From assembly GCF_009914755.1 (NCBI RefSeq), contig NC_060931.1: a stretch of 64,000 nucleotides of DNA. One strand, 5' to 3'. The stretch comes from the human T2T-CHM13v2.0 reference genome, Homo sapiens. This document shows, in pieces, positions 63,499 through 64,000 of the stretch. Within the stretch, counting starts at the first letter, position 1; each line of letters begins with the position of its first letter. Below the pieces are notes generated by a model. The model saw only the letters and a program-made list of their open reading frames with translations, did not search any database and was not told where the DNA came from. The position numbers and the translations under genes were made by a program.

Positions 63499-64000
63499 AC
63501 ATCCCATGGCTCTGACCGCAGCTGGACTCATCTCACACTCACGTTCATCACGGCTCCCAGAAGGCACGTGTTTTTAATGAGAGGCTCATTTCCACCACTG
63601 CCCCCCAGCCCTCCGCAGCAAGCCAGTGCAACGCCAGGACAGTCTGCTGACAGGGGAATTGGAGACTGGAGGGAGCAAGTTTTACCTTTTTGGTTTGACC
63701 ATTTAAATTGAAGTCATGCATACAGGGAAAGTTATGCATATAGAAAAATGTACACTTCATACTGCGTGCATTCAATTAATTTGCGCCAAATGAATGCACC
63801 CGTGTCCCCTGCACCCAGATGGAAAATGCCACCAGCACCCTTAATAGCCCCCACCTGGACCCCTGAATTGGAGTGAATTTTGAAAGAAGAGGGAAAGAAA
63901 GTGACATGTCCCAATTAGAACATATGGGACAGGCACTTTCTATACTGTCCACCTTGCCCCAGATTCTTTTTCTTTTTCTTTTTCTTTTTTTTTTTTTTTT

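Overview
This is primate genomic DNA, almost certainly human, and almost entirely intronic. The only confidently coding segment is a 111-nt phase-0 exon at 6349-6459 (+). It encodes [37 protein letters not shown], the N-terminal coiled-coil region of CUX1/CASP (exon 2; human chr7q22.1 from prior knowledge). The window therefore spans the end of intron 1, exon 2 and the first ~57.5 kb of intron 2; exon 3 is not seen. About 60 Alu elements cover roughly a quarter of the window and explain many of the supplied ORFs. Old L1M, L2, MIR, MER5 and MER58 fragments and one intact sense-oriented HERV-H solo LTR7 (25255-25667, GAGAC TSD) are also present. The most notable observations are: (1) a candidate alternative first coding exon (ATG 3568 to donor 3672|3673) that would splice in frame to exon 2; (2) a cryptic donor at 6741|6742 that defines a 393-nt exon 2 + partial intron 2 unit, matching my recollection of the published circ-CUX1; (3) a 39-bp minisatellite built from TGGGCC/TTGGCC hexamers with long antisense dipeptide-rich reading frames; (4) the LTR7; (5) a (UG)19 tract beside cryptic splice sites; (6) a perfect ERE; and (7) several local rearrangement footprints. 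I see no prokaryotic-type systems, CRISPR arrays or structural RNA genes, and no evidence for a wholly new biological system. Repeat coordinates are approximate and were read by eye.
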